A stretch of 64,000 bases of DNA from Octopus vulgaris (GCA_951406725.2 OX597824.1:89590001-89654000); one strand, 5' to 3'; shown: positions 24,482-38,839, counted from the first letter of the stretch. Numbers and translations are program-made. Notes: a model not told the origin generated them from the letters alone.

Positions 24482-24994
24482 TACTCCATAGTTGTTGGAA
24501 TGAAATTCAGTGAGCCCAAGTGTACATTTTTGGTGGTAGAACATGATGGTTTACTTGTGCTCTGCCCAAAAAGAATCAGGCACAAACAACTCGTTGGAAA
24601 TACGACCTATACAGTCACGTGAGAACTATAAATGTCTTGGACAATATTGAAATGTCATGAATGTTGGACCCATTAGTATGAGGGCAAGAAATTAATATCT
24701 CTGATTGGTAAAGAAAATGTGGTTGGTGTCAGAACAGTGAACCTCCAAGAAGCCTATCGCTCACACCATATTTGCAGTGCCTGTCCTTACACCTACATTT
24801 CACCATCTGTATTGATAAATAGAACTTGAGATATATTGTAAGAACTCGATAATTGATCGGTGTTACGAGAAATTCAAATATCAATGGCGACGTAAATTGA
24901 TCAAATTTCTCAGTTAATGAGAAATAACTCGACCATAAATCTCTATTAACGTCTTTCGAGACCCATTCAACAGAGAAAAATTCTCAATACGTGA

Positions 24995-25210
24995 AATGGT
25001 GTTGGCCGAGTGGTTAAAGCGGTGGATAGAATGTGCTGTAGTCTAGGCACAGAGTTCAAATCTTGTCTGAAAGAAGTGTCAAACTTGGCTTTTGTTCTCC
25101 CTTTTTTGTGTGCCACATATTAGAGGAGGCTCCTAGTAATAACAGTATAGCGCAAAACGGCGGTGCATCAGCATGGCCGCAGCTCTGAGCTGAAACTTTA
25201 AAAAAAAATA
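24995..25210 (+). mobile_element. Ser/Leu-tRNA-like SINE remnant sharing the family A 3' tail
   Basis: TGGCCGAGTGGTTAAAG...GAGTTCAAATCT; tail GGCGGTGCATCAGCATGGCCGCAG. Confidence 0.5.
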
Positions 25211-25399
25211 CGCAACTCGTTCAAACTTTGAGGCTTGAAAATGATATTATTTGGAACAGCTTAGGAAGTTGGGGGAGATATTAATAAAATGCTGGTACTT
25301 ATACCAGCGGAAAGTACTATCCCACAGAAAAATAAAATTAAAAAGAAATAACAATTTACTGATAAAGTTGTACATGGGTAATTGTTGAAATAAAAATCC

Positions 25400-25960
25400 C
25401 TAACTATAAAATGAATAACAACATTTAAACTTAGCATGAAATACCGACAAGCTCATAACAACTCACCGTGAAGGTTACCCCCGTGTCATGCACGAACAGG
25501 AATTCCCAACTAAGTATCTTCAAGCGTCAGATGACAATAAATGTACGTCGTGTAAGGGAAAACTGAAAACCTACACCTCATCATTATCAGTTGTTAGAGA
25601 ATGTTCTATGGATACTACCTTCCATGTAGGCATGTTGTGGTAATCAGGGCAATAAGGAGCAGAGTAAAAAAGAAACAAAACAATCAGTGATGTTATGTAT
25701 GAGACTATTTAGCCTTATGGAACGAAGAAATATCGGTGGAACCTGAGAATCCAAACAATAACCTAACCAGATACTGTTGTTTGTGACCAAAACATTTATG
25801 TTCAGTTGCAAAAGTCAGTTGCCCACTTAACACCAGTGTTATAAGAAAAATACAGGAAAAGAAGGTATGTATGGGTCAATGATGATAGATCTGAAAATCC
25901 AGCACCAAAAATATACATTCACCTTTACGTATGTCCATTGTTCTTGGAGTGACAAGCGAT
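25400..25960 (+). mobile_element. Decayed RLE-type (R4/NeSL-like) non-LTR retrotransposon C-terminal region
   Basis: IPTKYL...DNKCTSCK zinc-knuckle-like segment, then WNLRIQT..PDTVVCD endonuclease-like segment; stops and frameshifts. Confidence 0.5.
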
Positions 25961-26344
25961 TACTAATACGCCTTTAAATCTGACGGATAAAAAGGTAGAC
26001 GTTCTCGTGGGACACGAACCCACATCTCTCTGTTTCCGTGATAAGTGTGCTAGCCAATTGCATCAACGTATAACCACCTTGGTTGTCGTCAGATTTAAGA
26101 ACTATGATTAGTCTTTAGTGTTGTTTTTGTAAACATACTTTCATGTGCTTTTACTACGATGGTTTTTGTTAAGCGGCGTCGATTTTTACAATTCTGTAAA
26201 TAATAATGATAGCATTTTTTAAAGACATTGCGCGATGATCGCTTATAAGCTTTAAGCTTATAGAATATTATCACTATTATTTACAGAATTCTAAAAATCG
26301 ATGCTACTTAACAAAAACCATCGCAGTAAAAGCATTTATATATA

Positions 26345-26797
26345 TATATATATATGAACAAAACGCCCCCCATCCAATGGACGGTTCTGAGTTGTCAAAC
26401 ATTTAATGCAAATTTTCTTCAAAGCAACTTGTCCGAACGTCCCATAGGCCTCCCCTTTGAGAAACAGTGATTTAAACTAAATTTGAGACACCAGCAAAAG
26501 AAGAAATAAAGATAGACTTATTTCTATTCCAAAGAAAAACGATTTTATTCACATAAATATGCAACCGAAGAGTTTAAAGTACCAGTAAGTACATTGCAAC
26601 AGCTGATGTACTTGCGCGTACAAATGCACGTTCCCACGCCTTTATCGATTGCATTCTCACCTGGAATCGATTTTTGTAATTTTTCAAGACTTATGCACAC
26701 CGTCGGTATCTACATATCAAATTTGAGCGCAATCGGATGGAGGATGCCCGAGATCCTAGAAGTCACGCACACAGACAGACAGAACGGATTTTATATA
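26345..26797 (-). mobile_element. Helitron-like non-autonomous family 2 (second copy ~31995-32398)
   Basis: Two related copies; the minus-strand 5' end TCTATTAAATAAAATCC...(TGTC)n is seen in the 32398 copy. Confidence 0.5.
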
Positions 26798-26819
26798 CTC
26801 TTTACTCTTTTACTTGTTT

Positions 26820-27860
26820 AGTCGAGCAAATCGACCCCGGGACTTATTCTTTGTAAGCCCAGTACTTATTCTATCGGTCTCTTTTTGCCGAACCGCTAAG
26901 TGACGGGGACGTAAACACACCAGCATCGGTTGTCAAGCGATGGTGTGGGGACAAACACAGACACACAAACATATACACACACATACATATATATATATAT
27001 ACATATACGACAGGCTTCTTTCAGTTTCCGTCTACCAAATCCACTCACAAGGCACTGGTCGGCCCAAGATGCCACGCAGTGGGACTGAACCCGGAACCAT
27101 GTGGTTGGTAAGCAAGCTACTTACCACACAGCCACACCTGCGCCTAGATTTTATAGATTTAATTTTATTCTTTTATTCTTTTACTTGTTGTTTTAGTTAT
27201 TTGATTGCGGCTAAGCTGGATCATCGTCTTAAAGGGCGTTAATCAAAAAGAAATCGATCCCAGGAGTTATTTTTTGTAAGCCTAGTACTTATTCTATCGG
27301 TCTCTTTTGCCGAACTGTTATGTTATGGTGGACATAAACGCACAAGCATCGGTTGCCAAGCGATGGTGGGGAACAAACACAGACACGACGGGGTTCCTTT
27401 AGTTTCTGTCTACCAAATTCACTCACAAGGTTTTGGTCGGCCCGGGGCTATATTAGAAGACACTTCCCCAAAGTGGGATTGAACCTGGAAGCGTTTATGG
27501 TAAAGATGCGGATGGGGAAATGTGGGTGGAGGGTGATGCGCTAAAAACCTTCACCCCTTGCTGTTTTACAAAGTAAGCAACAACACAAATAACTACGCAG
27601 AGGCAGTCATGGTTGGAACAAGAACAAGAACAACAAGCACTACTAAAAGAGAAAAGAAGCATGGTCATTCCTTACCCAAGTGACCTTGTCTTATCGCCCA
27701 TTTCTTGTTATGCGCTCATAAATTAGTTTTTGATAGCTGAGCTCTGATTGGCTGTATGCGAGTGAGTTCATAACTGGAGTCCGGAATTCAGGTGGGGAAA
27801 AAAAAATTTCGCAACCCGGAACCATGTGGTTGGGAAACATGTTTCTTACCACATAGTCAC
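26820..27860 (-). mobile_element. Two SINE A copies, the second interrupted at 27491-27812
   Basis: Family A sequence. Confidence 0.75.
27491..27812. mobile_element. Deleted copy of a Mutator-like (9-bp TSD) non-autonomous DNA transposon
   Basis: TSD AACCTGGAA/AACCCGGAA; GCG...CGC ends; reverse complement of 40558-40870. Confidence 0.65.
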
Positions 27861-27899
27861 GCGTATACCTTTGTCTTAGTACAAAGCCCCACCTGCACC

Positions 27900-27930
<31 letters not shown>

Positions 27931-28503
27931 AAAACAAGGATAGAAAAAAATGTGACAAAAACAGGACGTAAAAACAATACAAATAAAAAAAAAAACAAAT
28001 ACAAATACAAGTACTGTATTTTTTTGTATTTGTATTTTTATTTTGTATTTGTTTTTTTTATTTGTATTGTTTTTACGTCCTGTTTTTGTCACATTTTTTT
28101 TCTTTCCTTGTTTTTACCCCTCTGCAAAGGAATTTTATTTAATTCTTTTGTAGGAAGGGCTAGTACGACGAGTTGTGTTCTATCCTTACCTTCGAAACAC
28201 GCATGGAGTCGAACTAGGGACAGCTGATGAAGGGGAATTTTCCTTGTATTGTTTGTCTTATACTCTGTTTTTCCGTTGTTAAAAAAAGTCCGTTTCCATG
28301 TTTGTTTTTACGTTTCTCGTTGAGTTCTACGTCTATTTGTGGTGTCCTGTACTCACATATATATATTTATATATGCATGTATATATACATGTAGATGTAG
28401 GTACGTACATATATGTATGTATGTATGCATATGTTTTATTTATTAATTTATTGCATGACTGAGCGCCCTCGCGTCGTTTCGTTTCTTTTCTGTTCTACAA
28501 GTA

Positions 28504-28539
<36 letters not shown>

Positions 28540-28876
28540 ACAAATACCCCGTTCAGGATGTTGAACTTTGAATGAAGGACTCGTTGGTCTAGGTGAAAAG
28601 CGGAATTTTTCAAACGGCAGGAGGTCTAAAAATAAAATAAAATAATAGCATACATACACGCATACATGCATACATATATGAATGGTTGAGATAGCATTGA
28701 CAAAATAAATAAAAAAAGAAGAGAAATAAACTTATTTTTCTTTTCTCTCTCTTTTTTTTCTTTTCTTTTCATATCGCTTTTGGACAATCCTAACACCGAA
28801 CAGGTGGCAAGGTCGAAGTATATGTCAAAAGTACGATAAAAAATAAAACACACACGCACGTATATATGAATATATA

Positions 28877-29039
<163 letters not shown>

Positions 29040-29367
29040 CTCAATATAGGGTGGCAAGGAAAATTTTGTAGAATTTTTTTGCCACCAGCGGCCCAGTGGG
29101 AAAAAATTAAATAGTCATAGACCATTTTTAAGTTCAACATTAACAATTAAGGAACGGCCATAATAGGCCATTCACCCACTAGAAATAACAGCCAAAGCTT
29201 CTACCGCAAATAAAGATTAATTCCGGGTAAATAACAGGGTAAATGTTTTTTTAATTTTCTCCTGTTTACGGAATTAATCTTTATTTGCGGTAGAACTTTG
29301 CTTATTTCTAGTGGGTGAATGTATTATGGCCGTTCCTAATTGTTAATATATATATATATATATAATA

Positions 29368-29450
<83 letters not shown>

Positions 29451-29686
29451 CTAATGTAGGATAAAATTATTTCCAAAAATAAAAATCTTATCAATGACCA
29501 GCATATTAAAACATACCTTTAAAGGTTAAATTATAAGCAACTTATAAATAAGGTCAAAAGGAAAAAATTCTAATGCCAAATATGCCGAAACTTGGACATA
29601 AAAAAACTGGGAAAAAAATTATATGGTAATTAGACATTATGTCCAATTTTCGGCATATTTGGCATTAGAATTTCTATCGTTTGCCC

Positions 29687-29879
<193 letters not shown>

Positions 29880-29977
29880 TAAATTAGAGACAAAACCAAT
29901 ATAAAGACTTAAGCCAATACATAAATTTATTTATATTATTTAGATATGTAACAATTATTAAAAAATATAATTAATAT

Positions 29978-30040
29978 CCACTACGATCGTTTCCTGTCTT
30001 CAGTCATCAAATTTTTGGGTAGCAGACATTCATCAGGTGG
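29978..30040 (-). ncRNA. Type I hammerhead ribozyme motif
   Basis: Reverse complement: ccac CTGATGA a tgtct...agaca g GAAA cgatc GTA gtgg; palindromic stem III ACGATCGT. Confidence 0.75.
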
Positions 30041-30094
30041 TTTCAAAATTTTCTTGGCGAGTTTTAAACAATGAAATATATATATATATATATA

Positions 30095-30161
<67 letters not shown>

Positions 30162-30399
30162 TATATATATGTATATATATATATATATATGTGTGAATAA
30201 ATATATATACATATACATGTATATATATAATGAAGTAGTCATATAGGTAAGTGTATATGTGTGCTTGTATGTATAAACGTATACATAAAAATATGTAGGT
30301 AGAGCTATATGGCAATAACTAAGTGTGTATCTATCTATCTATCTATATATCTACATATGTGTGTATATATAATATATACGTACATACTTATGAATAATA

Positions 30400-31210
30400 T
30401 ATATATGTACATACTTATATATACAAGCATACATACAAACACACATGCATACATACATACACACATGTTTACATACATACATACATACATATATACATAC
30501 ATACATACATACATACATACATACTTATATACATACATATATAAAATCCATCATTTGCAAAGGTGTAGTGCAGTGGTTCCCAACAGTGGTGTAAGGTCGT
30601 ACTGAACGGGACTACGCTGCTAAATGTTCAAATAATTTGTCATCAGTCATAATTCATATGTCATAATGTACATGCGCACACGTACATACATACATACATA
30701 CATGCAAGCATGCATGCATACGTGCATGCATACATTCATAAATACATACATGCATACATTCGTACATATATACACACATGCAAGCACGCATGCATACATA
30801 CATCATCAGTCATAATTCATATGTCATAATGTACATGCGCACACGTACATACATACATACATACATGCAAGCATGCATGCATACGTGCATGCATACATTC
30901 ATAAATACATACATGCATACATTCGTACATATATACACACATGCACAGCATACATACATACATACATACATACATACATACATACACGCATACATACATA
31001 CATACATACATACATACATACATGCATACATACATACATACATACATACATACATGCATATATACATACATACATACACGCATACCTGCATATATATATG
31101 CATTCATGCATACATATATTCATTCATACATACATACATACATACATATATACATAAATACATACATACATAAATACATACATACATACATAAATGCACA
31201 CACGCATACG

Positions 31211-31298
<88 letters not shown>

Positions 31299-31705
31299 AA
31301 TACATACGTACATACATAAATACATACATACATAAATACACACACGCATACGTACATACATACATACATACATACTTACATACATAAATATATACATATA
31401 TACATAAATACATACATACATAAATACATGCATACATTCATACATACATTCATACATACATGCATACATAAGTATATACATACATACATTACATGCATAC
31501 ATAAATATATACATACATACATACATAAATACAGACACGCATACGTACATACATACATACATACATACAAACATACATACATACATACATACATACAAAC
31601 ATACATACATACATACATGCATACATGCATACATACATACATACATACATACATACATACATACATACATACATGCATACATGCATACATACATGCATAC
31701 ATACA
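30400..31705. repeat. (TACA)n-rich satellite with an internal ~163-bp tandem duplication
   Basis: CATCAGTCATAATTCATATG at ~30641 and ~30804. Confidence 0.8.
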
Positions 31706-32594
31706 ATACAATACAAACCACGTGGAAAATTACCATACATAATCCTAATCCATGGCGAGGAAAGAATCCGGCGTCAAGTATCGAGAGGAATTCCACCCAA
31801 CTTTCGAATTGAAACAAGACTTGTGCCAGATCTGGAGAAAGGTTGAGGAAGATCCCTCAATAGACTACTTGAAGAAGCTTAAGGAATTTCGGGTCAAGAA
31901 ATAGGCAACAATCTCAAATTTTTCAGAGTATCAATTACGTCAGCAAGCTTTATATACACGCGTACATGACTATTTGAAGTGTAACAATAACGTGTTATAT
32001 GATACGAGCAAAACGCCCCCCCACCGTCCAATGGACGGTGCTGAGTTGTCAAACATTTAAACCAAACTTTCTCAAAAGCAACTTGTCCGACCGTCCCATT
32101 TTGTGGCATTATTTCAAGCCAGCCGGCTTTTTTTTGCGCATACTGCACGTGCATTTTTCTCGCGTACGCGTAGTATCGATCGCAACAGCTGATGTACTTG
32201 CGCGTACAAATGCACGTTCCCACGGTTTTATCGATCGCATTCTCACCTGGAATCGATTTTTGTTAACTTTTTCAAGACTTATACACGCCCTGATACCGTC
32301 GGTATCTACCTATCAAATTTGAGCGCAATCGGATGGAGGATGCCCGAGATCATAGAAGACACACAGACAGACAGACAGAAAGGATTTTATTTAATAGATA
32401 TGCACACACATCCACAAATGCGCGCGCATACGCACATACACAGTAACAGAGTTCGATTCTCCGATTCTTGTAGTGGCTTTCTGGCCCCTTTTTACGCCTT
32501 CTAAGAGTATACCCGATCTGACCTGTCTTTTTTGTTTCCTCGCCTGTTCTACGGTTTAGAGTTACTTTAGTTTGTGTACTTTATTTTATTTATA

Positions 32595-32940
32595 TCGTGA
32601 AGTATATTTGCCACATACATGTGGCGGACCCATAGGGGACGATGCTACTGTTGTTTATAGCCCCATGAAGACATCTCCAGTTTGTCACTGGAAAAAGCTT
32701 ATAGTATTTTGCGTTTGGAATGAGTTCTCATCGCTAGCTGATGATTGTCACACGCTGATGACGGGTTACTACCCAGAAACCCGGGTCTGTGTGTATCACA
32801 CAAGGCTAGAGATGGAAACGATTTTTGCAAATACTAATCGGATACAGCCAGCTGGAGGGGTTGTCTTCCTGGGGCTATAAACAACAGTAGCATCATCCCT
32901 TATCGGTCCGCCACATAAAGGTGGCAAATATACTTCACGA
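32595..32940. repeat. Inverted repeat (~85-bp arms) enclosing a hammerhead motif
   Basis: TCGTGAAGTATATTTGCCAC... / ...GTGGCAAATATACTTCACGA. Confidence 0.8.
32749..32793 (+). ncRNA. Type I hammerhead ribozyme motif
   Basis: cacacg CTGATGA c GGGT-TACT-ACCC a GAAA cccgg GTC tgtgtg; palindromic stem III ACCCGGGT, GUC triplet. Confidence 0.8.
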
Positions 32941-33320
32941 GTGGAGGCGCAATGGCCCAGTGTTTAGGGCAGCGGACTCGCGATTGTAGGATTGCTGTTT
33001 CGATTCCCAGACCGGGCGTTGTGAGTGTTTATTGAGCGAAAGCACCTAACGTTCCACGAGGCTCCAGCAAGGGGTGGTGGCGATCCCTGCTGTACTCTTT
33101 CACTCCAGCATTCCCTCACTCTTTCTTCCTGTTTCTTGTCCCCGACTTCCTACGCAACCGCTGAGCCTGGATGGGCATTCATCCATCTGTCGATGCTCTC
33201 GGTTTCGGGGGGCTGACCTGCTTACTCTTCTGCGGGTCTTACGAATAGCAAAGGACCACGTATCGGACTTCTCCCACTAATGGGACGAAGACCGCTTCGC
33301 TCAACAGCAACAGCAGCTCA
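32941..33320 (+). mobile_element. SINE C head with an alternative 3' tail (tail also inverted at 37925-38062)
   Basis: Family C 5' half, then a different tail ending CAACAGCAACAGC. Confidence 0.7.
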
Positions 33321-33411
33321 CCATAAGCAAATCATTTTTGCAAAAAAGCTGGACACCCATACGTCGTCTTCGACGGGAGAGTCCATAATATGTGTGTATG
33401 TGTGAATGTGG

Positions 33412-33469
<58 letters not shown>

Positions 33470-34045
33470 ATGTGTTGTTGTTGACGTCGTAAGAACTTAT
33501 AAACTCCGAGAGAACGTGAAATAATTCTCTTGTTTTGGAGCAGCGGATATCGAAGCCAATAAAGTTATAAATGACAGCTTGCAAATGCAAGTTAGAAAAT
33601 CCCTTTGGACAGATTCGAACCCGCAACCTCAATGTATGTGCGTGTGTGTATATGTGTGTGCGCCATAATGTGCAAGAATTTCCTCAAAATTTGGTCAATA
33701 ATTTTTTGTCGGGTGGCGGGGTTAGTCGATTGCGAAGGCCCGCAGTACTTGACTGCTACTTTATTTTATCGACCCCGAAAGGATGAAGGACAAAATTGAC
33801 CCCCGGTAGAATTTGAACTCAGGACGTAGAGAAACGGAATACATAACGCTAAGCATTTTGTTCGACGCGCTGTCGATTCTGTCAGTTCCTTGTTTTTATG
33901 TGTGTAATAATTTGTGGGAAGTGGACAAACGGGTCTCAGTGTTAAAGAAGGGTTTGAAAGAGAGAGAAGTGGAAGAAGGGAAAAAGAGAGAGAAAGGGAA
34001 AGACAGAGAAGGGGAATAAGAGAGAGAAACAGTGTTTGTTTACTG

Positions 34046-34079
<34 letters not shown>

Positions 34080-34218
34080 AAAGGCACAGTGAAAGTGGGA
34101 GTGGGTGAGTAGATGGGATGGGTTTTCATATGCGTTTTGCTATTTGAGAATCAATGAATCGGTATCTGAGAAAGAAAGCGTGTGACAGTAATAGTAAATA
34201 AGAAAGAGAGAGAGAGGG

Positions 34219-34250
<32 letters not shown>

Positions 34251-34428
34251 AGAGGGAGAGGGAGAGGGAGGAGAGATAGAAAGATAAAGAGAGAGAAAGA
34301 GGGAGAGAGAGAGAGAAAGATAAAGAGAGGGAGAAAGAAAAAGAGAGAGAAAGAGAAAGAAAGAGGAGAGAGAGAGAGAGAGAAAGAGAGAAAGAGAGAG
34401 AGAAAGAAAGAGAGAGAGAAAGAGAGAG

Positions 34429-34475
<47 letters not shown>

Positions 34476-34914
34476 GATAAGAGAAAGAAAAATCGTTGAG
34501 AATAAAGTGTGTTGTGTACCAAGATTAAAGTACGTGGAAAATCGCCAGGTTTCGATCTGGCATTCGGTGAGGTTACAAACCTTGTTATCAAGGAACATGT
34601 CTTATCGCTCAACAGTGTTTATAGAAAGATACACTCGCTTCGATGGTGAATCACAAATTTCTAGTTTACTGTCTTTCTTCCTTTCTCTCTTTCTTACCTT
34701 ACTTTCTTTAATTATAGACATAAGAAGCGAGTGCTCAACTGGTGCTTATTTTATCGATCGCCAAAGGCAGAATTTGAACTCAGAATGTAAAACCGGAAGA
34801 AATGCCGCTAAGCATTTTGTCCGGTATTTTAACAATGTTGCCAACCCGCTGTCTTATTCTTGCCTTTCTTCATATGCCGTTATTAGAATATTTATAAATA
34901 TTCCATTCGAGCAT

Positions 34915-35355
34915 AATGCACCATTCGAGCGTGATCGTTACCAGCTTCGCCTTACTGGCACTTGTGCCCGTGCTAGTAGGGTGCCAAGAGCACCATCCGA
35001 GCGTGATCGTTGCCAGAGCAGCCAACTGGCTTCCGTGCCAGTGGCACGCAAAAGGGCATCATTTGAGCATGATTGTTACCAACGTCGCCTCACTGGCACT
35101 TGTGCTGGTGGCATGTGTAAAATGATTCGAGTGAGGTCGTTGCCAGTACCGCCTGACTGGCCCCCGTGCCGGTGGCACGTAAAAAGCACCCACTACACTC
35201 TCGGAGTGGTTGGAGTTAGGAAGGGCATCCAGTTGTAGAAACTCTGCCAAATCAAGATTGGAGCCTGGTGCAGCCATCTGTTTCGCCAGCCCTCAGTCAA
35301 AATCGTCCAACCCATGCTAGTATGGAAAGCAGACGTTAAACGATGATGATGATGC
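34915..35355 (+). mobile_element. RTE-like non-autonomous repeat with internal ~65-bp triplication and (GAT)n tail
   Basis: GAGCGTGATCGTT x3; GGAAGGGCATCCAG; GGAAAGCAGACGTTAAACGATGATGATG end. Confidence 0.55.
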
Positions 35356-36865
35356 TGATTCCAGTTTGAGTGATAGCCATCCTTCATGCAGCACCAACAA
35401 CCCGCCTTTGAGTGCCTTTATTCGAGTGGAAGACCACCCATTCGTCATCCAGTTTAACACCACCCATTCGTCATCAACATTTTAACAGCGCTAGATGGTG
35501 GTATTAGATAAAACCGCTGTTTTTTATTTTTTGGTTTTTATTAACTCTGGGTTGTGGTTTTTATTAAAGTCTGGGGTTTTTTTGGCTTTTATTAAACTCA
35601 CAGTATTTCGTTTTGCAACCATAATCAATAACCAAATATATTACAGCCTTACAAATCAATACTGTATCTCATCTTGTGTTAGCAGTACAATATTTTAACT
35701 TTCACACTTATCTCTATTGATTTTCTATAGAACTGTGTTATGCCGCTAAATCTAGTGGATATTTAAGCAATGTGTTCGTGGATTGTTGATGAGCTGAATG
35801 TAGTACTGATGAAAGCGCAATAACTTTTGAAATGTGTATATACACCCATTACCTATTTTCTATCATCTATCGTATTGTTTACATAGGCGTATTTGTTTAC
35901 AAAACACAGTAGTGACTCATAAGCCTGTAATATACTTGGCAGTATATAATGGCTGCAAAACGAATTTCTGTGTTCTTGCCAGCAATTAATACGACAGCAA
36001 TTAATCTCATGGATGCGAATATAACTTGCAATGGAACAATATTTTCCCACGAGTAAATTTCTGTGCACTTCTACACCAAAACAATTAAAAAAAGGAACAT
36101 TGTTTTCGCGTGTCGCAATTAAAATCATGTTGTTATAATCCGTTAATAGACAGGCTTCCTTCCGGTCAGTGCACGAGCCTTCTTTTCTTCATGACAACAC
36201 CAGAACCATAGATTTATTGTCTATTCGTGATACACGCAAAGTGTTCTTGTATTTTTACTGCGCATTTGTCCACTACCTGCTTTGTCATTTTCAGGATGTC
36301 TCGCCTTCACATTCCATTCCTACTTGTCTTAATACTTCTCCAGCTTGAAACAGCATCCTAACATCACATGCTTGTTGCAATGTTCGTTTTATTTACTGCA
36401 TTAAAATTCGAGTGCAGCGAACAAAACGAGCATTGTTTGCTGAAATTCATTTTTGGTGGTATTTATCAAGTGTGTCACGACTTGGACCAAAATTTTATTC
36501 CATGGGAACAGATTTTTGGCTCAGCATCAAAAACTCTTTATTTTGCAACCGGGTTTACTAATAGATTAAATATAAATATGAACAAATAAGATTAGAGACT
36601 TAACTAAAAGAATTTCGGTCAAAATTCGTCTTAATTTTTGCTTTTTAAGTTGGCACCACGCAGTAGAGGCAGCAACTGTTCCAGTAGTTATTCTCATATC
36701 ACTTTGGCAAACAGTTTTTACCACAAATGCTAGTTGTTGCTTGAACCCAATGCCGCAGCTCTGAGAGATCAGACCAATGATCATATATTCCGCCGAGGTC
36801 GACTTTGCCTTTCATCCTTTCGGGGTCGATAAATTAAGTGCCAGTTGAATAGGTATCTAAGGCGT

Positions 36866-37003
36866 TTACCAAATCCACTCACAAGGCTTTAGTGGGCTAT
36901 TATAGAAGACACTTGCTGAAGGTGCTACGCAGTGGGACTGAACCCAGGACCATGTGGCTGGTAAGCAAGCTACATACCACACAGTGCCTAGAGTAGAAAA
37001 GAA

Positions 37004-37034
<31 letters not shown>

Positions 37035-37305
37035 ATATATATATATATATATATAGGCATATATATATATATTTCTATTCTTTTAGTGGTTTCAGTCATT
37101 TTACTGCGGCCATGCTGGAGCACCACCTTTAGTCAAAGAAATCGACCCCTGAACTTATTCTTTGTAAGCCTAGTACTTATTCTATTGGTTCTCTTTTACC
37201 GAACCGCTAAGTAACGGGGACGTAAACAGACCAACATCGGTTGTCAAGCGATGTTGGAGAGACAAACACACACACACACACACACTCTCTCTCTCTCACA
37301 CACAC

Positions 37306-37346
<41 letters not shown>

Positions 37347-37465
37347 TATATATATGACGGGCTTCTTTCAGTTTCCGTCTATCAAATCTACTCAGAAGGC
37401 TTTGGTCGGCCCGAGTGGGACTGAACCCAGAACCATGTCGTTGGGAAGCAAGTTTCTTATCACAT
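36866..37465 (-). mobile_element. SINE A copies
   Basis: Family A sequence. Confidence 0.75.
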
Positions 37466-38391
37466 AGCTACATCTGCGCCCTATTTATATGTATATGTAC
37501 ACACACATACACACACACACACACACACACGCACACACACACACACACATACACACACTCATGTTCACATATGGAAATGGTCGGATGAGATTTGAGAGAG
37601 ATTTGGCTGTCATTTCTAGGAAACCAGCCGACAACGCACAGGATCCTGTACTGCCGCCCTTCCTGTCGCCGCCACCACCACCACCACCTCCACTGTATTT
37701 TCTTCTCGTTCCAAAAAGGAAGAAGTATCGTTGTTTTGACGAGAAATGAAAGAAGGATTATAAAAGTGAGGCCATTGACATTTTGTTTAACGAAAAACAT
37801 CCGGGTCTTACCGGGATGTCGAATGCTGATTTGAATAAACGTAAAGTTTTCGAAAATGCAGTGTACTGCTCTAGTTTATTGTTGATGTCACTGCTTTGTT
37901 TGATTGCTTGTTTGTTTGTTTCTTTATTTGTTGAGCGTCCCAGGACTGTCTGCAGTCCGAAACGTGGTCCTTTGCTATTCGTAAGACCCGCAGAAGAGAA
38001 AGCAGGACAACCCCCCGACACCGAGAGCATCGACGGATGGATGAATGCGCATCCAGGCTTCAAATAACAAATACAATTGGAGTAAGGTGACAGAGTATAG
38101 TGGAAAAACATAAAAAAGTGGAGAATTATGCATCCGTTTAATTAGCTTATGCACGTTTCGGATACTTCGGCAAATTCCAAAATCATATCAACCAATGTCA
38201 TATTTGATTGAGTAATACTGTATATAGACAGAGAAATTAAACACCATATTATCCTTATCAAAGCTGTACCACCCAGTGAAAAACGTTTGAAAGAGACAGG
38301 ACTAAAACCAAAAATACTTGGTCAGTATAAGCAGAAAGGGACGTATCTCAGCAGACCTACTTTGGAATTTCATTATCAGGTCAAGCTACAA

Positions 38392-38622
38392 GGCAGCGAG
38401 CTGGCAGAATCGTTAGCACGCCGGGCGAAATGCTTTCTGGTATTTCGTCCGCCGCTGCGTTCTGAGTTCAAATTCCGCTGCGGTCGACTTTGCCTTTCAT
38501 CCTTTCGGGGTCGATTAAATAAGTACCAGTTACGCACTGGGGTCGATATAATCGACTTAATCCATTTGTCTGTTCTTGTTTGTCCCCTCCGTGTTTAGCC
38601 CCTTGTGGGCAGTAAAGAAATA
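38392..38622 (+). mobile_element. SINE B monomer
   Basis: Family B sequence. Confidence 0.8.
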
Positions 38623-38763
38623 AGAAACTGAAAGGAAGCTCGACACACACGCACACACACATACACACATACACACACACATATACAGATGTGTGTGTGT
38701 TTTTATGTATGTTTGTGTGAATGTGTGTGTGTATGTATGTGTATGTATGTATATGTGTGTGCC

Positions 38764-38796
<33 letters not shown>

Positions 38797-38839
38797 GTAT
38801 ATGTATGTGTGTGTGTGAGTGTGTGTGTGTGTGTGTGTA

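Noticed and set aside
34507-35238. 243-aa ORF, the longest in the window
   Set aside because: It runs across a SINE B fragment and an internally repeated RTE-like element, with no recognisable domain
35480-36780. 1.3-kb non-repetitive stretch with short ORFs
   Set aside because: No recognisable motif or consistent splice pattern; possibly an old transposon, left unassigned
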